A stretch of 64,000 nucleotides of DNA from Leptogorgia sarmentosa (lineage: Eukaryota): contig OZ210885.1 of assembly GCA_964658305.1 (NCBI GenBank), positions 1,612,001 to 1,676,000 on the forward strand, given 5' to 3'. The notes under the pieces were generated by a model. It saw only the letters and a program-made list of their open reading frames with translations, did no database searches and was not told the DNA's origin. Positions 1 through 13,945 of the stretch are shown here, piece after piece. Both the position numbers and the translations under genes were made by a program. Within the stretch, counting starts at the first letter, position 1; every line of letters begins with the position of its first letter.

Positions 1-350
1 ACTATAAGCAAAAGTAAATATTTTTCTATCTCATGATGATATGATGCCTTTATGCCCAAGAACATCAAATGTATTACTATAACACTGAACAGACATTCGA
101 CCTTAGCAACAAAACACTTGGCACTTGACAACGCCCACGTTCTAATGTTGAAACGTTGATATGCTTGTGACGTCATTAAACACTCAGACTGAATGCCCGA
201 TAATTAAGTTTGGAATAGCGAACGTAGTCGACGAAAGTCTAAATGAGTAATGTTGAAATTTCTAATGAGTTTTATTTGACAAGAAAAATCCATTATGGAC
301 TGCTCCAAACTACACTATAAGCAAAAGTAAATATTTTTCTATCTCATGAT
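1..350. repeat. Direct repeat: 37 bp at 1-37 recurs at 314-350 (probably end of a ~313-bp tandem unit continuing upstream)
   Basis: ACTATAAGCAAAAGTAAATATTTTTCTATCTCATGAT is identical at both positions. Confidence 0.6.
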
Positions 351-1360
351 ACAATGTTAATAATTATTATTGTGTGTAAAATGTCAAAAAATTATAATAG
401 AGCACTGCAGCTGAGTTCATTGATGATCTGGATGGTTCGTTTGCCAAATATTTATTATATTAAAATTGAAATAGACTGTAATTGCACCCCCCCTTTTCTG
501 CCTTGTTTCTTTATTTCGTACAACTTTTCGCAACCAAACTCGGAATAAATAACTTTAACTCAGGGTCACAATTTGGTATTACGCGTGCTCTCCAACCAAA
601 AGGCATGCAGTGGAATTAAACAGCTAAGAGGTCTTCATGCCTAAATATCTTCATTTGTTTCATCATATTACTATATGTACATAGGGACTCAACAAAGATC
701 TTAATTAATAACCTGAACCATGTAGTCTGGAATTTTTTTTTCATAACTGAATGTGAAAAATAAAAATTTTAGATCGATACCAAATCGCGGGAAAGAAGAC
801 GCAGGTGCAAAATGGCAAATTTAGGGAGAGTTCTTTCCGTCCTCATGTACCTCCTGTTGGTACACAGATGTTATTCCATGAGATCAAGTACTTGGTTTAA
901 GCTCGTCATTTCAGGTTATTCAATTTCCCTTAGCATTGTCTGCAGTTAGATTTATCCGAAATAAATGCAAAAGGACTTGGCATTTCTGAAAGAAAATTTC
1001 TCCCAACACCGGTCAATAAAGCAGGATTGAAAACAACAAAACTCGATCCCTGCAAACAAAATGTGTGCGAACTTCAAATTTTTAACCTTTGTATTCTATA
1101 AACGATAAGAATGGATGGGATCGAAGTGTGAATTCTTAGAATTTTTCTGTCAATAAAGGACTTTCTAAATTCCTTGATGTTGAAAATTACGAATCGTGAG
1201 TTCTTGAGAAGCAAAAATTCGGTTTGGAAATGTTATATATTACGAATTGCTGTCAGCAACCAAGTGGTTTGAAGGGGGAGAAGTTGCACGAAAATTTTGA
1301 TCGGAAATAAACATAAAACCGCATCCATTAACATCGATATTTTTCTTCCAATTCTGACAG

Positions 1361-3609
1361 GTCATCGCCTCACTGATAATGTTATCCATGATCTCAGTAC
1401 ACTGAGTCTTTTGGAGTGTACTTTACACTGTATGAGAAAACCTTCTGAATGCAAATCAATCAACTACAGAGCTAAACAACGTCAAGATTATTCCATAAAT
1501 TGTCAACTCATTAACGCCACAAAAACAACACATCCTCAGAATTTGTGGGAAGACAGAAACTACGACAACCATGAACGCATAATAACAACGGTAAATCTTC
1601 GTAGATTTTGCACTAACATTATAAGAGATACAGTGGCGTCGTGGAAAGTGTTCAACAGGGGGACACAAAACCAGATTTTTCCGAAACAAATATTTTATAT
1701 TCAGTGCCAGTACCTGACAATGAAGCGGGGGTGTTACGGTATTTTGCACGACTAAAGGGTATGGTCACGAGTGTTTTAGAAATGTGTCCATGGCCTGCTT
1801 GCGTCATTCCCGCATTTTAACGACCTGAACCTGATATCGAAACTGTAGACATATTAACGTGCATTATGCAAATTAAGTAGCAAGACATGCGTAACTTATT
1901 ATTGAAAAATGATAAAGTTTGCGTGAAGTTTTCGAGGATAAAGTAGTTTTTTTCGTTCATGTAGGAATCTAATGGAAGCTCTTTGCCAAAGTTCCTAAAA
2001 GGTGAATGTCTAAAATGTTTAAACGTTTTGTTTGGTCTTCTCGCTTTTAGTTACTACTTACAGATTTGATCATGAACTCTTTTTCGATTCTAGTGAAGGT
2101 TTGTTTCCCTACATAACGTAAGTTTAGTTATGTGAAATTATCAAAAAATAGTCTCATTTGAAATCATCATTGCTATTAGTGCATGCCAGAAATCTCTATA
2201 AAACAATGTAATTATTTTGTGATAAAAATTATTATATCCTATACCTAACCATACCGTTTTGTACAAAATCTTTGCTATTTGCGCCGTATATCTTCCCGCA
2301 TGATTTTTTTCTCTATTCAATACATCTGGCTTTTTGCAAAATTATCCACACATGCAGCTGGGACTGCTTGCTAAAAGCCGGGCTATCTACTGCATAGTGT
2401 TTTTTTTCGACCGTTGTAGAAATCTTCAAAAGCTATAAAATTCAGATATGGGCTGGCAATAGACAATAGTTGAAAGAAGTGGCTACATTTAAATATCAAG
2501 GCTAAGTCTGAATCAACTGCAGGCCTTTTTTAAAAATTTGGAGAACATTTTCCAAACTTCGAACAACCGATCGACCAACCCCTGGTTAATTTCTTTTATG
2601 ACATCATGCGAGGTGCTTTCTTCAAACGTCACACTAAACTTAGGTCAGGAAGCTAACCTGGGATATTCAAAGCAATATACTACTTCCTTGTCGGAAAAAT
2701 GCAGAAAAGTTGAGATAATTATGTTATTTATGTGTAAGCGAACTTTGATTAAAAATTTCCATTTTCCATTCAACAGTACGTAAGAGTTGTGCTGATTGGC
2801 TGAATAAAAGTGCAGCCACAGGTTCAGCACTTCAGGATGGTGTCTATTCTATAAACCCAGAAGGACAGAAAAACACGAGTTTCACTGTCTGGTGTGACAT
2901 GCATACAGATGGAGGAGGTTGGACAGTGTTCCAGAAACGAAAAGATGGATTGCAAAACTTTAATCGCTCTTGGTCATCGTATGAAAACGGGTTTGGTGAA
3001 AGTGACAGTGATTATTGGCTTGGTCTACATAGAATTTACAGCATGATGAAAGATCAAAGCCAAATTCTAAGAGTTGATCTTCAAGATTGGGAAAATAACA
3101 GCCGATACGCAGTGTATGGCGTCTTTTCAATTGGGAGTAAAGATGTCAAGTACAAAATAAAAATTGGAAATTATTCAGGTGGAAAATTTTTGATTATATT
3201 CAAAATAAATATCTTGCCCTTTACCACTTAACAACACTTACGACAAACGGGGGCAGGGTATTTGCTCATCTTTGGCTTTGCCATAGAGGGCAGAATTTTA
3301 AACTGGCAAATAATTATTGTCTTTTCATTTCTCGTAGGTGATGCAGGAGACTCTCTCTACTATCACAGATGGCATGGGAAATTCAGCACTTACGACAAAG
3401 ACAACGATTACGACAATGGCCGTAACTGTGCAGCTGTGTTTCACGGTGGATGGTGGTTTCGTGGGTGTCTGACAAGTAACCTGAATGGCCAGTACATCCA
3501 AGGAGGAAACCATTCAGGCCCACCAGCTACAGGAGTTCATTGGCTTGCATTTAAAGGGAACAAATATTCCTTGAAATACACCGAAATGAAAATACGACCA
3601 AAGAACTAG
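1361..3609 (+). CDS. PAN/apple + fibrinogen C-terminal (FReD, ficolin/tenascin-like) protein, 5'-partial; exons 1361-1590, 1965-2001, 2777-3178, 3338-3609
   Basis: PAN exon (GHRL..LECTLHCM..CKSINY..CQL). FReD motifs SCADWL..DGVY, VWCDMHTDGGGWTVFQKRKDG, YWLGL, KFSTYDKDND, GGWWF..CLTSNLNG, YSLKYTEMKIRP. GT-AG junctions are phase-consistent. Start exon not identified. Confidence 0.85.
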
Positions 3610-4584
3610 AACATTCCAGTTAATTAATATTTGTATCACAAATGGGGAAAATGTAGAGAGTTGTAGCTATTCATTATTACAAGGCCATCAATGGGCCTTT
3701 CCCCTCTTAAACGAACTTTAAAATTGAGAGAATTCATCATCACGGCTGGAAAGGGGATCATTAATTCAGTAGTTTGTTTCCAAAATAACCTTAAATGTGG
3801 AAATTATACAGTCATTAAAATTTGTGAATTTTCCATTGTGTACTTTTGTATTACGCACGGCGATTATAAGTGATAAAAATAGTTCTCTAAAATTTTATTG
3901 GCTACCAGGAAAAAAGAACAAAATGTTCAAACATGTTTTTAATTCATTTCGTCTTCACTGTCGCTCGATTCAACAAACAACCGACGTCGCTAAACCAGAG
4001 CGGTCCGTACTGTAGGTTACCAAACCAATCAGAATGCTGTATTTTAGCAGATGGACCGCTCAGAAACTCTTGCCATACATAAAGAAAATTACCAAACTTT
4101 AAAGTGTTACTGCAACGAATTTTTCGCCCTCATTTTTTGCCTTAAATAAATATTCAGGTCGAAAGATGAAATTTGGTGTATAGATGACTTTTGTACGTTG
4201 AGTGGAAGTAGCTAAATTTCGCCTGCAAACTTCGATATCGCGGATGCCAACAAAACAGCCGCCTTTTGTCACCTTGTGACGTCACAAGTGTAACACGTTT
4301 AGCGAAGCTACTAGGAGTTACTATCGCAAGGAAAGTGCTGCCGTATCTACTGAAGCGCCCACTTACTTTGGCACGTAATTTTCACAAAATAAACAAGTCC
4401 CAAACCATAAATCTAACCCTAACCGTAGCATCCTAACCCTAACCACTAAAAATAATTCGAGAGAGTGAGAAAAAAATCAAAGAATGTCTTCGGAAGTTTT
4501 TAGGAAAGTAAGTGGTCTTTCAACAAAAACAAAACCGTGCCAGACCCACTGAGTTAAAGAAAGACTGTAATTCTTTAGCTCAGT

Positions 4585-4609
4585 CACAGATTAAGAGTCT
4601 TAATCTGTG
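4585..4609. mobile_element. 25-bp palindromic micro-MITE with 7-bp TSD
   Basis: CACAGATTAAGA-G-TCTTAATCTGTG flanked on both sides by GCTCAGT (4578-4584, 4610-4616). Confidence 0.65.
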
Positions 4610-5735
4610 GCTCAGTGGCCAGACCTCGCTCAGGTTTTTCGCACGCAGCGCCCTTGCCTAACACGTCAACAGCAAAATCATCGGAATCACCGGAAGCAAA
4701 CAGTTTTATATTAACACTAAAATCATATTTTTTAAAAGAAAACTAAGGAAACATTGCGGACGTGATACGAGAAAGTAATCACTATTTTATTGTCAGGAGC
4801 AACTGGCAATCGCAGCAGCGCGCGTGTTAAAAGCAAATCAGATAAATCTCTGACATCTGACCTTATTAAAATTATAATATATACATCGTGCTGAACAAAT
4901 GATCTTAATTAACTTAGTGATGCCGTCGACTCTTTTCATACCAGTGTTGTCGAGTCATATAGTCGCATTACAAAGCAACAAAGAGCAACCGGCTGAGTTT
5001 AATTGTAGTAAATTATTCTTTTGCATCAGGAGTACATTAGTAAATGAATGGCAATACCGCGAGGCGACGAAGAGTCGGAGAGGGCGAAAACAAACACGAA
5101 AGCTATAAATGCGAAAGCACGCAAATATGTTGCCAATCATCAACCGATTTAAAATTATGGCTATCTTGTTGTGACGTTGCTATTTACGAATTGCGATGGC
5201 AATGTCGGCCAGCAAATGAGCAAAACTTCGAAAAGCTCATCGAAAACATCCAAAAATAGTCCTCATGAGTTGGTCTATCCAGTACCCGCTGATCTCTCGA
5301 TTACGTCATAGAATTGCCTACGTCACGAAACAAATCTCGATTTTCGACGACTACTATACATAACTCCGCGGAGGTCTGGGCACGAGTTACCACAGCAAGA
5401 ATAGTATGCTGCCTCCCTTCGGTCGGCAGCAATTATGTTGCGTTAGAGCTATACTCTGTGTTTCTCGTGCTTTTTTAGCCGGAAAAAAATTCTTTCGAAA
5501 CAAACTTGAACATAGGCATTTTAAGACAATACATTTTGCTCAAGTGAAACTGCATGAGCCGGTGTCGGATGGCTCGTTAGTTCATGTCACATCGCACTGC
5601 TTTGCGTACGACGCACTGCTTTGGTTTCTTTTGGGGCTTCCTTGCCTTCTCCTATTTAAGGTATTTTATTTTGTTTTTGTAACCAACGCAGGACGTCCAC
5701 GAAGTGCGAGTTGTAGAAGTTGTTGTTCTCACGGG

Positions 5736-6204
5736 CAGTGGCGTAGCGAAGCCATTCCGATAGGGGGGGTGTAAAGCAAAATATTTTACCGACCTAAATA
5801 GGTTTGGGCAAGACAGGGCCAGATAATTAGGTGGGGAGGGCGAGTCTCACGAGACGCCACCATGGTTGGCGTCGAGCGAGAAAATTTTGTGAATTCAGAG
5901 CCTCTAGATCGCCGGAAACGGCCATTTCAGAGTGTTAACCAAAGCCTTAACACTCAGAATAGAGTCTAGAGGTCTTAGATGTTGTACAACCACAGCTTGC
6001 GAACTAATCGCACACGGACATAGACAACAGACATATACTTTTACATATTTTACTTTTCTGCTCTCTCTGTGACTTAATGACATAAATTGAAAATTTACCG
6101 ACCCTTTGGCTTCAAAACCGACCGCAATTCATTTACCGACCATTTTCAAAAAAATTGGGGGGTGTCACACCCCCCACACCCCCCCCCCCCTCGCTACGCC
6201 CCTG
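5736..6204. mobile_element. hAT-type MITE
   Basis: Termini CAGTGGCGTAGCG...CGCTACGCCCCTG; 8-bp TSD CTCACGGG (5728-5735, 6205-6212). Confidence 0.8.
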
Positions 6205-6868
6205 CTCACGGGCATGTCGTCACTGGGCAATTCAAAGGGTAGACTTGCTCCAAGTCTGTCTCTTATGTGGGTTTTGGGGGGAAATATAGGCATTAGCTGT
6301 TCTCCGCTTCCTATTTTTTCCCGCCCGCCCGCATTTTCCTTCCGCCTTAATTTCCCCCCGCCCGCATTTTCTTCGCGCGCTAATGCCTATATAACCACAA
6401 AAAAACCTACATAAGAGACAGACTTGGAGAAGGTATAGCCAAAGGGTGTATCAACATCAATATCGTGACTTGTCATTGCTATCTCTTCAACTTTTGCTGA
6501 AGAAGACTCCAACTTCACTGGCGAATCTATCACGGAATAGACAACGGCTGAGGTAGCCAATCGGAATGTAGCATTTGTAATAGACGATGGTTGGGTGTAT
6601 AGACTAAGGTGACTGCACGAATGTTCTATTTGGCACTGCAATTTTTTCAGCGGAAAAGAATAAAGACTAAGTTAAAACAACAATTTGGAATAATTAGTGC
6701 CTGAAAAATTAAAATTACTTCATCATGCAGCCTTAATGAAAAGATTTTCCCCATTATTTTGGGAGCTGCAATTAAATATTGTTATAGTGCATATTGGATT
6801 GCGAACTTTTTGCTCAAATTATGTGAAATGTAGTGCCGTGAATAAACTCATGGAGTTCGTTTGGACTT

Positions 6869-7117
6869 GTGCATGGCTGCTTTAGATTGATGAGTTAGAA
6901 CTAATTTAGGTCAATATAGCTACCCTATTAAACAAGCATAATGACATCAACTCTCGTGCATGGCCGGCTTAATGAGTTATGATTAAATTAGATAAATAAT
7001 ACAGCTGCCTGATCAACAGCATAATGACATCAGCTCTTGAGCCATGGCCGCCTTAATGAGTTATAATTAAATTAGGTAAATGATATAGCTGCTTGATCAA
7101 CAGCATAACGACATAAG
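6869..7117. repeat. ~84-bp degenerate tandem repeat (~3 copies) just upstream of ATG 7197
   Basis: GCATAA(T/C)GACAT recurs at about 6936, 7019 and 7103, with shared flanks (ATGAGTTA..AATTAG..ATA). Confidence 0.7.
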
Positions 7118-7196
7118 TACTAACATAAGCTATTTTTCATTGACTCAACTCGTCGCGTCCTCGATTGTACGTTGTAACGCATTTAAGTACGTTGAA

Positions 7197-10100
7197 ATGT
7201 TGACGTTAGTAGTTCTGGTTTTTATAATTGTTGGCGTTGATGGACAAAGTTGTTCATCCAGGTATTACGAAACCATCAGGAGAGGTTAGTTGTTCTTTTT
7301 CAAATAATGCATGCATCTGTCCCTGTGCATGTACCAAGTACACATTTTCTTTAAACACTCAATGCTTTAAAAATTGAAAAGGAATTATACTCATGACTTT
7401 GTGATTTGGCGTGCTATATCTTTACAACAGAAGGTCCATCGTTACCTCCAGACGAGATCATATCCAGTCATAATGTTGGATCGGTTGCTGTCGAGATAAA
7501 ATGTCATTCTCTTTGTGAAAAAGAACCGAGATGTGTGGGATTTAACCACAGGACTACAGCAACGAAAGGAGAAAACTGCCAACTCACTAACGTCACAAGA
7601 AAGAGAAACACAAGAACGAAAGGTGACTGGACATTGCGACGTGACATGGAAGCGGTATGTTTTTCCTTTTCTAAGTTAAACGTTTTCGGTAAATGACTTC
7701 TTTGCATTGAGTTATTGATGACAAATAGGATTATCGAGTTATGCGTTGAAGAAAAATATCTTTTAAGGTTACAAGACACTCTGGATTACCTTTTTTACCA
7801 ACATTGAAGCACAACTAGGGAATGATGATGGAGACCGGCTTTCAACTAAATTAAATAATTTCTAATTTGCGTTTTTATAATTTTCCATAGTGATTGGAAT
7901 TAAAATTTAGGACAAAAATCTGTTTTGTGCGGATCTGTTGAGTAAAGTATTTTTTTATTTTTAAAGAAAATTAGTTTGTCAGAATTGATCAAGGCAAAAA
8001 GGTGGCCTGTGGACTATCAATTTTGTTACTAAGATTGTAGTTCAACTGAGGGTTATATTGGACATGTTTTAACTAAATAATAATTTGCGTTTTCAATTAT
8101 TTACCATGGTAACTGCCATAATCTGCCAACGTTGAGGGATATTAGTAGGGACGCATGAAAATTTATTAATTGCCTTTCAGAACAATTTCCGGCTTGCGAA
8201 TCTCAATCCTAAAGCCTGTGACTTTCGGCAATGTGTTAACTTTACACTCTTTCCACGTGAGGACTGTGGGACTGAGAGAAAAATTCCTCATTCAGAATTT
8301 TATTAGCGAGCTAAAAGGTAAACACAATTTTTGGGTTTTTAATAAAACTGAAAATTTAATATTTCTCCATCTTCGTAATTAATTTAGACAAAAAGGGAAA
8401 TGGACAGAGAGAACAATGGTGACATCAGACTTTCAGGTATTCATATCTTCCAAATATTTCGCTGCATTGTGGGATTGCTGTTTGCACATCAAGTGCTCAT
8501 CCCGAAAGGAAAGTGTGAGATTGAAGGCCGACTCGATCTAGGGTTATCTAAAGTTGCATTTTAAATCGTAAAACTGATTGTCCTTCGTATTTAATAACTA
8601 CCACTGAAGGTATATAACCAAAGTATTTGGAATGGAGATGTTCGCGTTATCATGTACAGAAATGTAGTATTTAAGGATTACAGCACTCTTTGAGTGCATT
8701 ATCGGCATTTCAAGCACGAATTCGCGAACAAGAAACAAGAAATTTAACACTGCACGAGGCGCAGCCGAGTGCAGTGTTAAATTTCGAGTTTCTTGTTCGC
8801 GAATGAGTGCTTGAAAATGCCGATAATGCACGAAAAAGAGTGCTTTAAACGTTTTAATATTCAATTTGAGTAAACCACAAAAGAACAAGCATTTCACATT
8901 GTTATATACATGCATAGAGAAATATGCAAAAAGAAACGCCACACAATTCATATTTATTACAAAAAATAAATTTTATAGTACAACATTTATAATTACAATT
9001 TATAATTAAAACAGAAATTATTGCCTCTATATCCTCGGTGGACAAATCTAAAAACTTCTCGCACTCGGAAGCCGCCATCTTGCAGTGCAATAAAAAGTTT
9101 ACGCACGGCTATAATGCACGGCCGTGCATTGTTGTTATGTAAAATGAAGTCACGTGGTACAAATCGGCCAATCAGAACACTAGTTTATGAAAACTGAATA
9201 ATAAAGATCGTTTTTTAATTATAATTTAGACTATATTCAACTAAAAACCCAGCTGCTTAGCTATCTTTCGTTTACATGAATAATACATGCTGGATAATAC
9301 AAGCTAAGCTGGATAATGCATGCAGCTGATCGAAAAATGGATGGTGAATAATGCATATGCTGAATAATACAAGCTGGATAATGCATTCAGCTGATCGAAT
9401 AATGCATGGTGAATATTGCATATGCTGAATAATACAAGCTGGATAATGCATTCAGCTGATCGAATAATGCATGGTGAATAATGCATATGCTGAATAATAC
9501 AAGCTGGATAATGCATTCAGCTGATCAAATAATGCATGGTGAATAATGCGACATCCATACTCAATATTATTTCCTCAATGTCATACGACATTAAAACTTT
9601 TTTGATATTTCAATTGCAGCGAAGGCTTTGAGTTCGTCAATAGCATCAGAATGGAGCAGAGATCAATCAGCAACCATTAGTTTGAAGGAACTCAAAACAA
9701 CAATGGGAATGAAAAACTCTACTTTTATTGTGAATGATGTCAGTCCACACCAAAGTTATATCACTAGTAGTAAAGAAGATAACGGAAAAAAGACATCATC
9801 AGCCCCACTCAGTACTAACATATTGACTGGTCGGTCGTCATTGGTTGAAAATAATCTGGTGTCTAGTATTATCTTGCCGTCAGCTGTTGTACCATCATCA
9901 ACCAATCCTCAATTACATTCAAACTCAAGTTTTCAAACTTCTACACATGCAAGTGAAATGACGTCGTCGGTTACTTCAGGTATTTTCAACACATATTCTT
10001 TTTCGTTACTTAAATCTCCCCTTCTCACAATTTTTTTACCTTATCTGTGAACTCATTATTTGACATGCATTATTATGTCTCTTTAGTTGCTAAACAGAAG

Positions 10101-13100
10101 ATATCATCACCTTCATCTAGCATAGATTTGATAAAAGAACTCGGAATTACAGATGGAACAAAAAGCGCTAATGTGACCCTAAACAACGTCATTGACGGAA
10201 CACGCAGAGATCAAGCAGATAACGGAAAAAAGACATCACTAATCCCATCTATTAGTACTAGCCTAGTGACTGGTCGGTCGTCTTTGGTTAAAAATATGGT
10301 ATCGAGTATTTTAAAAACAACAGTTACTACCGTGCCGTCAGCTCCCGCACCATCATCAACCAATCCTGAATTTCAGTCAACCTCAAGTTTTCAAACTTCT
10401 ACACTTGCAAGTGAAATGACGTCCTCAGTTAATGCAGGTATTTTCAACACATACTCTTTTTCTTCCCTCATTTGTTGACATGCATTATTATGTCTCTTTA
10501 GTTGGTAACCAGAAGATATCATCACCATCATCTAGCATAGATTTGGTAAAAGAACTCAGAATTACAAATGGAACAAAAAGCGCTAATTTGATCCTAAACA
10601 ACGTCATTGACGGAACACGCAGTGCTCAAGCAGAAAATGGAAAAAAGACATCACTAATCCCATCTATTAGTACTAGCCTAGTGACTGGTCGGTTGTCTTT
10701 GGTTGAAAATGTGGTATCGAGTATTTTAAAAACAACAGTTATTACCGTGCCGTCAGCTCCCGCACCATCATCAACCAATCCTGAATTTTATTCAACCACA
10801 AGTTTTCAAACTTCTATACGTGGAAGTGGAACGAAGTCACCGGTTGCTTCAGGTATTTTCAACCGAGATACTTTCCCATCTAAATAACTTCTTCATTTAA
10901 AGCCTCTTTCTCCTTTTTAGTTGAAGAAAAGTTGCCGTTGCCTTCGTCTAGCTTAGATATGGTGACCATTTTGCAAAATTCTTTGGAAAAGCTGGTTTCC
11001 TCCACCTCAAATATCTCCCTGGCTAAATTTCACACCTCTTTTGATTCCTCATCTACAAGCTCTGCTTTCATTGAGCCCACACCTCAAATACATGTGTCTA
11101 CAACTGAAGGTACCCAGCTTAATGGAGGTATTCATTGCAAACACTTTTTTGAATCTATTGCATTTTGATTGGGGCGAAGCGCTCTGATTTATTATGTTTT
11201 GAGATATTACCCACGGGTTTAATTTTTCAAAAAGTTAATTATTCATCGTTTTTCCATAAAATATATTCAACTATACACGGGATTGTTCTTTTAAAAAGAT
11301 TATATCCGCATTATATCGATTATGTATATACATAATCGATAAAATAATTTTGCGAATGCTAAAAGAATGAAATATAATACGTCTTATTACAATTTTTTAT
11401 TATGAAACGTTGGGTATATCTGGTTAAAAGTTGTGCAATATTTCTAGAAACTATATTTAAAGCCTTTTTAACTGAAAAAATACAAATAAATTTTTCAAAG
11501 GTCATCGCTTGAATACCACCGTAATTAAAAGATCAAACGCTTCGACACCAGCTGAATGCATTCTTCACTGCGTAAATGAGTCATGTTGTAGATCTGTAAA
11601 TTACCACAAGATGAACCACACTGGCTCCAATGGTAACTGTGAACTACTTCATGTACACGTATCTGAAAATCCTCAATATTTGGTGGCAGATGAGGAGTTT
11701 GATAATTACATATTGCTTCATCTAAACAGGGTAAGTTCATGAAATAATATTTGCCTTGAAGTACACTACTATGATTTACGCATGGGACAGTTGTGCAGTG
11801 CATAAATAGTTGTGAATTCGTGCTGGTGTTCCAACAATACCTTTATTGCATCCAGATAGTCAAACTTTCACATATTGATATGGAAGTGAATTGGAAACAC
11901 GCGCCAAAACGAAATATGGCTCTTCAGCCAGTTTGCTTCAACTACATCTTTGCTTCAACAGGTGACAAAAACTGGAGCTGACATGCACTTTCATTATTAT
12001 TACACTTGGTTTTTTCATTGTAAATTCCATAATTTATATACCAACTGTCCAAGTAAAAAGGAAAAAAAATAAGTAAAAAAAGTAAAAATGAAGCAGCTGC
12101 TTTTAACCGTTGTCAGAAATGATTTTAAACAAAGCGAAAACAATTGTATGGCAGAGCAAAAAAATTTTGACACCTGATATAATTTATAGAGGATTACTAT
12201 ACAGTGGTGAAACGATATGAATTTTATCTTTGGTATTGAAAACAAATTTTACGAATAGGCGCAGCGAATTATGTTTGTCGTAAACAATTTGAAAGTAATA
12301 TCAATATTTGGTCGATAAGGCTAAAATAATGTCAAAGAATTACATCATATTATTCAAATTCGAAGAATTCATTGCTTTTAGACGTTCAATTGTGCTTGTA
12401 TGTCGTGTGTGGATGGCCTTGAGGAATGTTCTCTTGAAAATAAGAATTGTTCCTGTCTTTATGGGCAAGATAAAATGAGATGTGGTGAAAGTAAGAAAAA
12501 ATTCAAAATCAGTTTGTAAATGAATTGAGGTCAAACGAGCTTCGTACAACAGGCCCCGCACACGAATATAATTATCATATAATTATCCCCTCCAATCATC
12601 GACGTCCCTACGTCTTTAATTTACTGTTAACCTGGCATAAAATTAAATTTTATTTAATTTTTAGTACGTACAAGTTGTGCTGACTGGCTGAATAAAAGTG
12701 CAATGGGTTCAACTCTTGAGGATGGTGTCTATCTTATAAACCCAGGGGGAAGGGGACAAATATATTTCAGGGTCTGGTGTGACATGCATACTGATGGAGG
12801 AGGTTGGACGGTGTTTCAAAAACGAAAAGATGGATCACAGGACTTTAATCTCCCCTGGAAATCATATAAAGACGGGTTTGGTGCAATAGACAGTAATTTT
12901 TGGCTCGGGCTACAACGGATTTACCGCATAGTGAAAAATGAAGAACTGTTAGTTCTGAGAGTTGAACTTGAAGATTGGGACAATGACCGCCGATATGCCG
13001 TGTATGACCCATTTGCAGTGGGAGGTGAAGATACTGGTTACCGGTTAAGACTTGGGAGCTATTCCGGTAATAGTTGAATGATGAAATATCATAAATGTAT

Positions 13101-13945
13101 AATAAGCCTTCAAGACCCAACATATTAGGATATGAACAGTAACATACGAATAGGTCGAATAGCTCACATAATTAAAAAAATATTTAGATTTCTTTCCGGA
13201 GTATTTTTGCCCATCACGGGTAGTCTTCACGCATTTTGATAAAGGATTTTTTACTATGAATGAATAGCTATAGGCTTTATTGCCACAAGTTTTCAATACT
13301 TATAAAATTATGCTCGTACGTTCATTATAGGTTTGCGGTCCGGTAAACAAAAAAATTATATATTTTTTTGGGGCAGCTTTAGATCGGTAAGCTCGGATCT
13401 TCGATCGTGGAAGAAGTGTGAGTCGCGGTCGAACAACACGATCACACGATCCAGCGCTTCTTCCAAGTGATCTGTTGACTTTGCAGAGATTTAAAATCGT
13501 TCCCACTTAAATATACGAAATCCAACTTTTGCTGAACATGTGCCATTTGAAAGCGGTGTTCCGCTTGCGAAATTCACAAACAAAATCATCTGCTGCAGTA
13601 CCGCAATGCATGTACCGAGGATAGATGTCAAAGCTTCCCAGCAACTCAACATCCGCCGCCTTTTCGTTTCTTGTAGGTGATGCAGGAAACTCTCTCAGCT
13701 ATCACGATCTTTATAAATTCAGCACTTACGATAATGACAACGACATCGATGACCACCATAACTGTGCATCTGTGTTTCCAGGTGGATGGTGGTTTCGTAA
13801 GTGTCTGACAAGTAACCTGAATGGCCAGTACATCCAAGAAGGAAATCATTCAGGCACACCAGCTACAGGAGTATATTGGTTGAATTTTAAAGGCATGCAG
13901 TATTCCTTGAAATTCACTGAAATGAAAGTACGACCACAGAACTAG
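7197..13945 (+). CDS. Secreted PAN - Ser/Thr-rich mucin-like stalk - PAN - FReD protein; exons 7197-7284, 7431-7654, 8388-8436, 9620-9979, 10087-10437, 10502-10852, 10921-11127, 11501-11730, (linker exon not found), 12665-13066, 13677-13945
   Basis: Signal peptide MLTLVVLVFIIVGVDG; PAN exons (KCHSLCEKEPRCVGFN; ECILHCVNESCCRSVNY); S/T-rich exons; FReD exons paralogous to 2777-3609. The phase-0 to phase-1 link between 11730 and 12665 is unresolved, so this could be two genes. Confidence 0.72.
8682..8844. mobile_element. Imperfect palindromic non-autonomous repeat with central GAGGCGCAGCCGAG loop
   Basis: Arms of about 75 bp are inversely complementary around 8756-8769. Confidence 0.6.
9290..9549. 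repeat. 65-bp minisatellite, ~4 copies, intronic
   Basis: AATAATACAAGCTGGATAATGC at 9363, 9428 and 9493 (period 65). Confidence 0.85.

Noticed and set aside
354..548. Start exon of the first PAN-FReD gene
   Set aside because: No convincing signal peptide or phase-1 donor, and it lies next to repeat sequence.
4414..4444. Interstitial telomere (TAACCC runs; also ~17078-17098)
   Set aside because: Only 2-4 degenerate units, typical of motifs inside non-autonomous elements.
4098..5400. Kolobok-like element starting TTAAAGTGTTACTG
   Set aside because: No matching opposite terminus or TSD found in the window.
9304..9516. 70-aa repetitive ORF on the minus strand
   Set aside because: Product of the 65-bp minisatellite.
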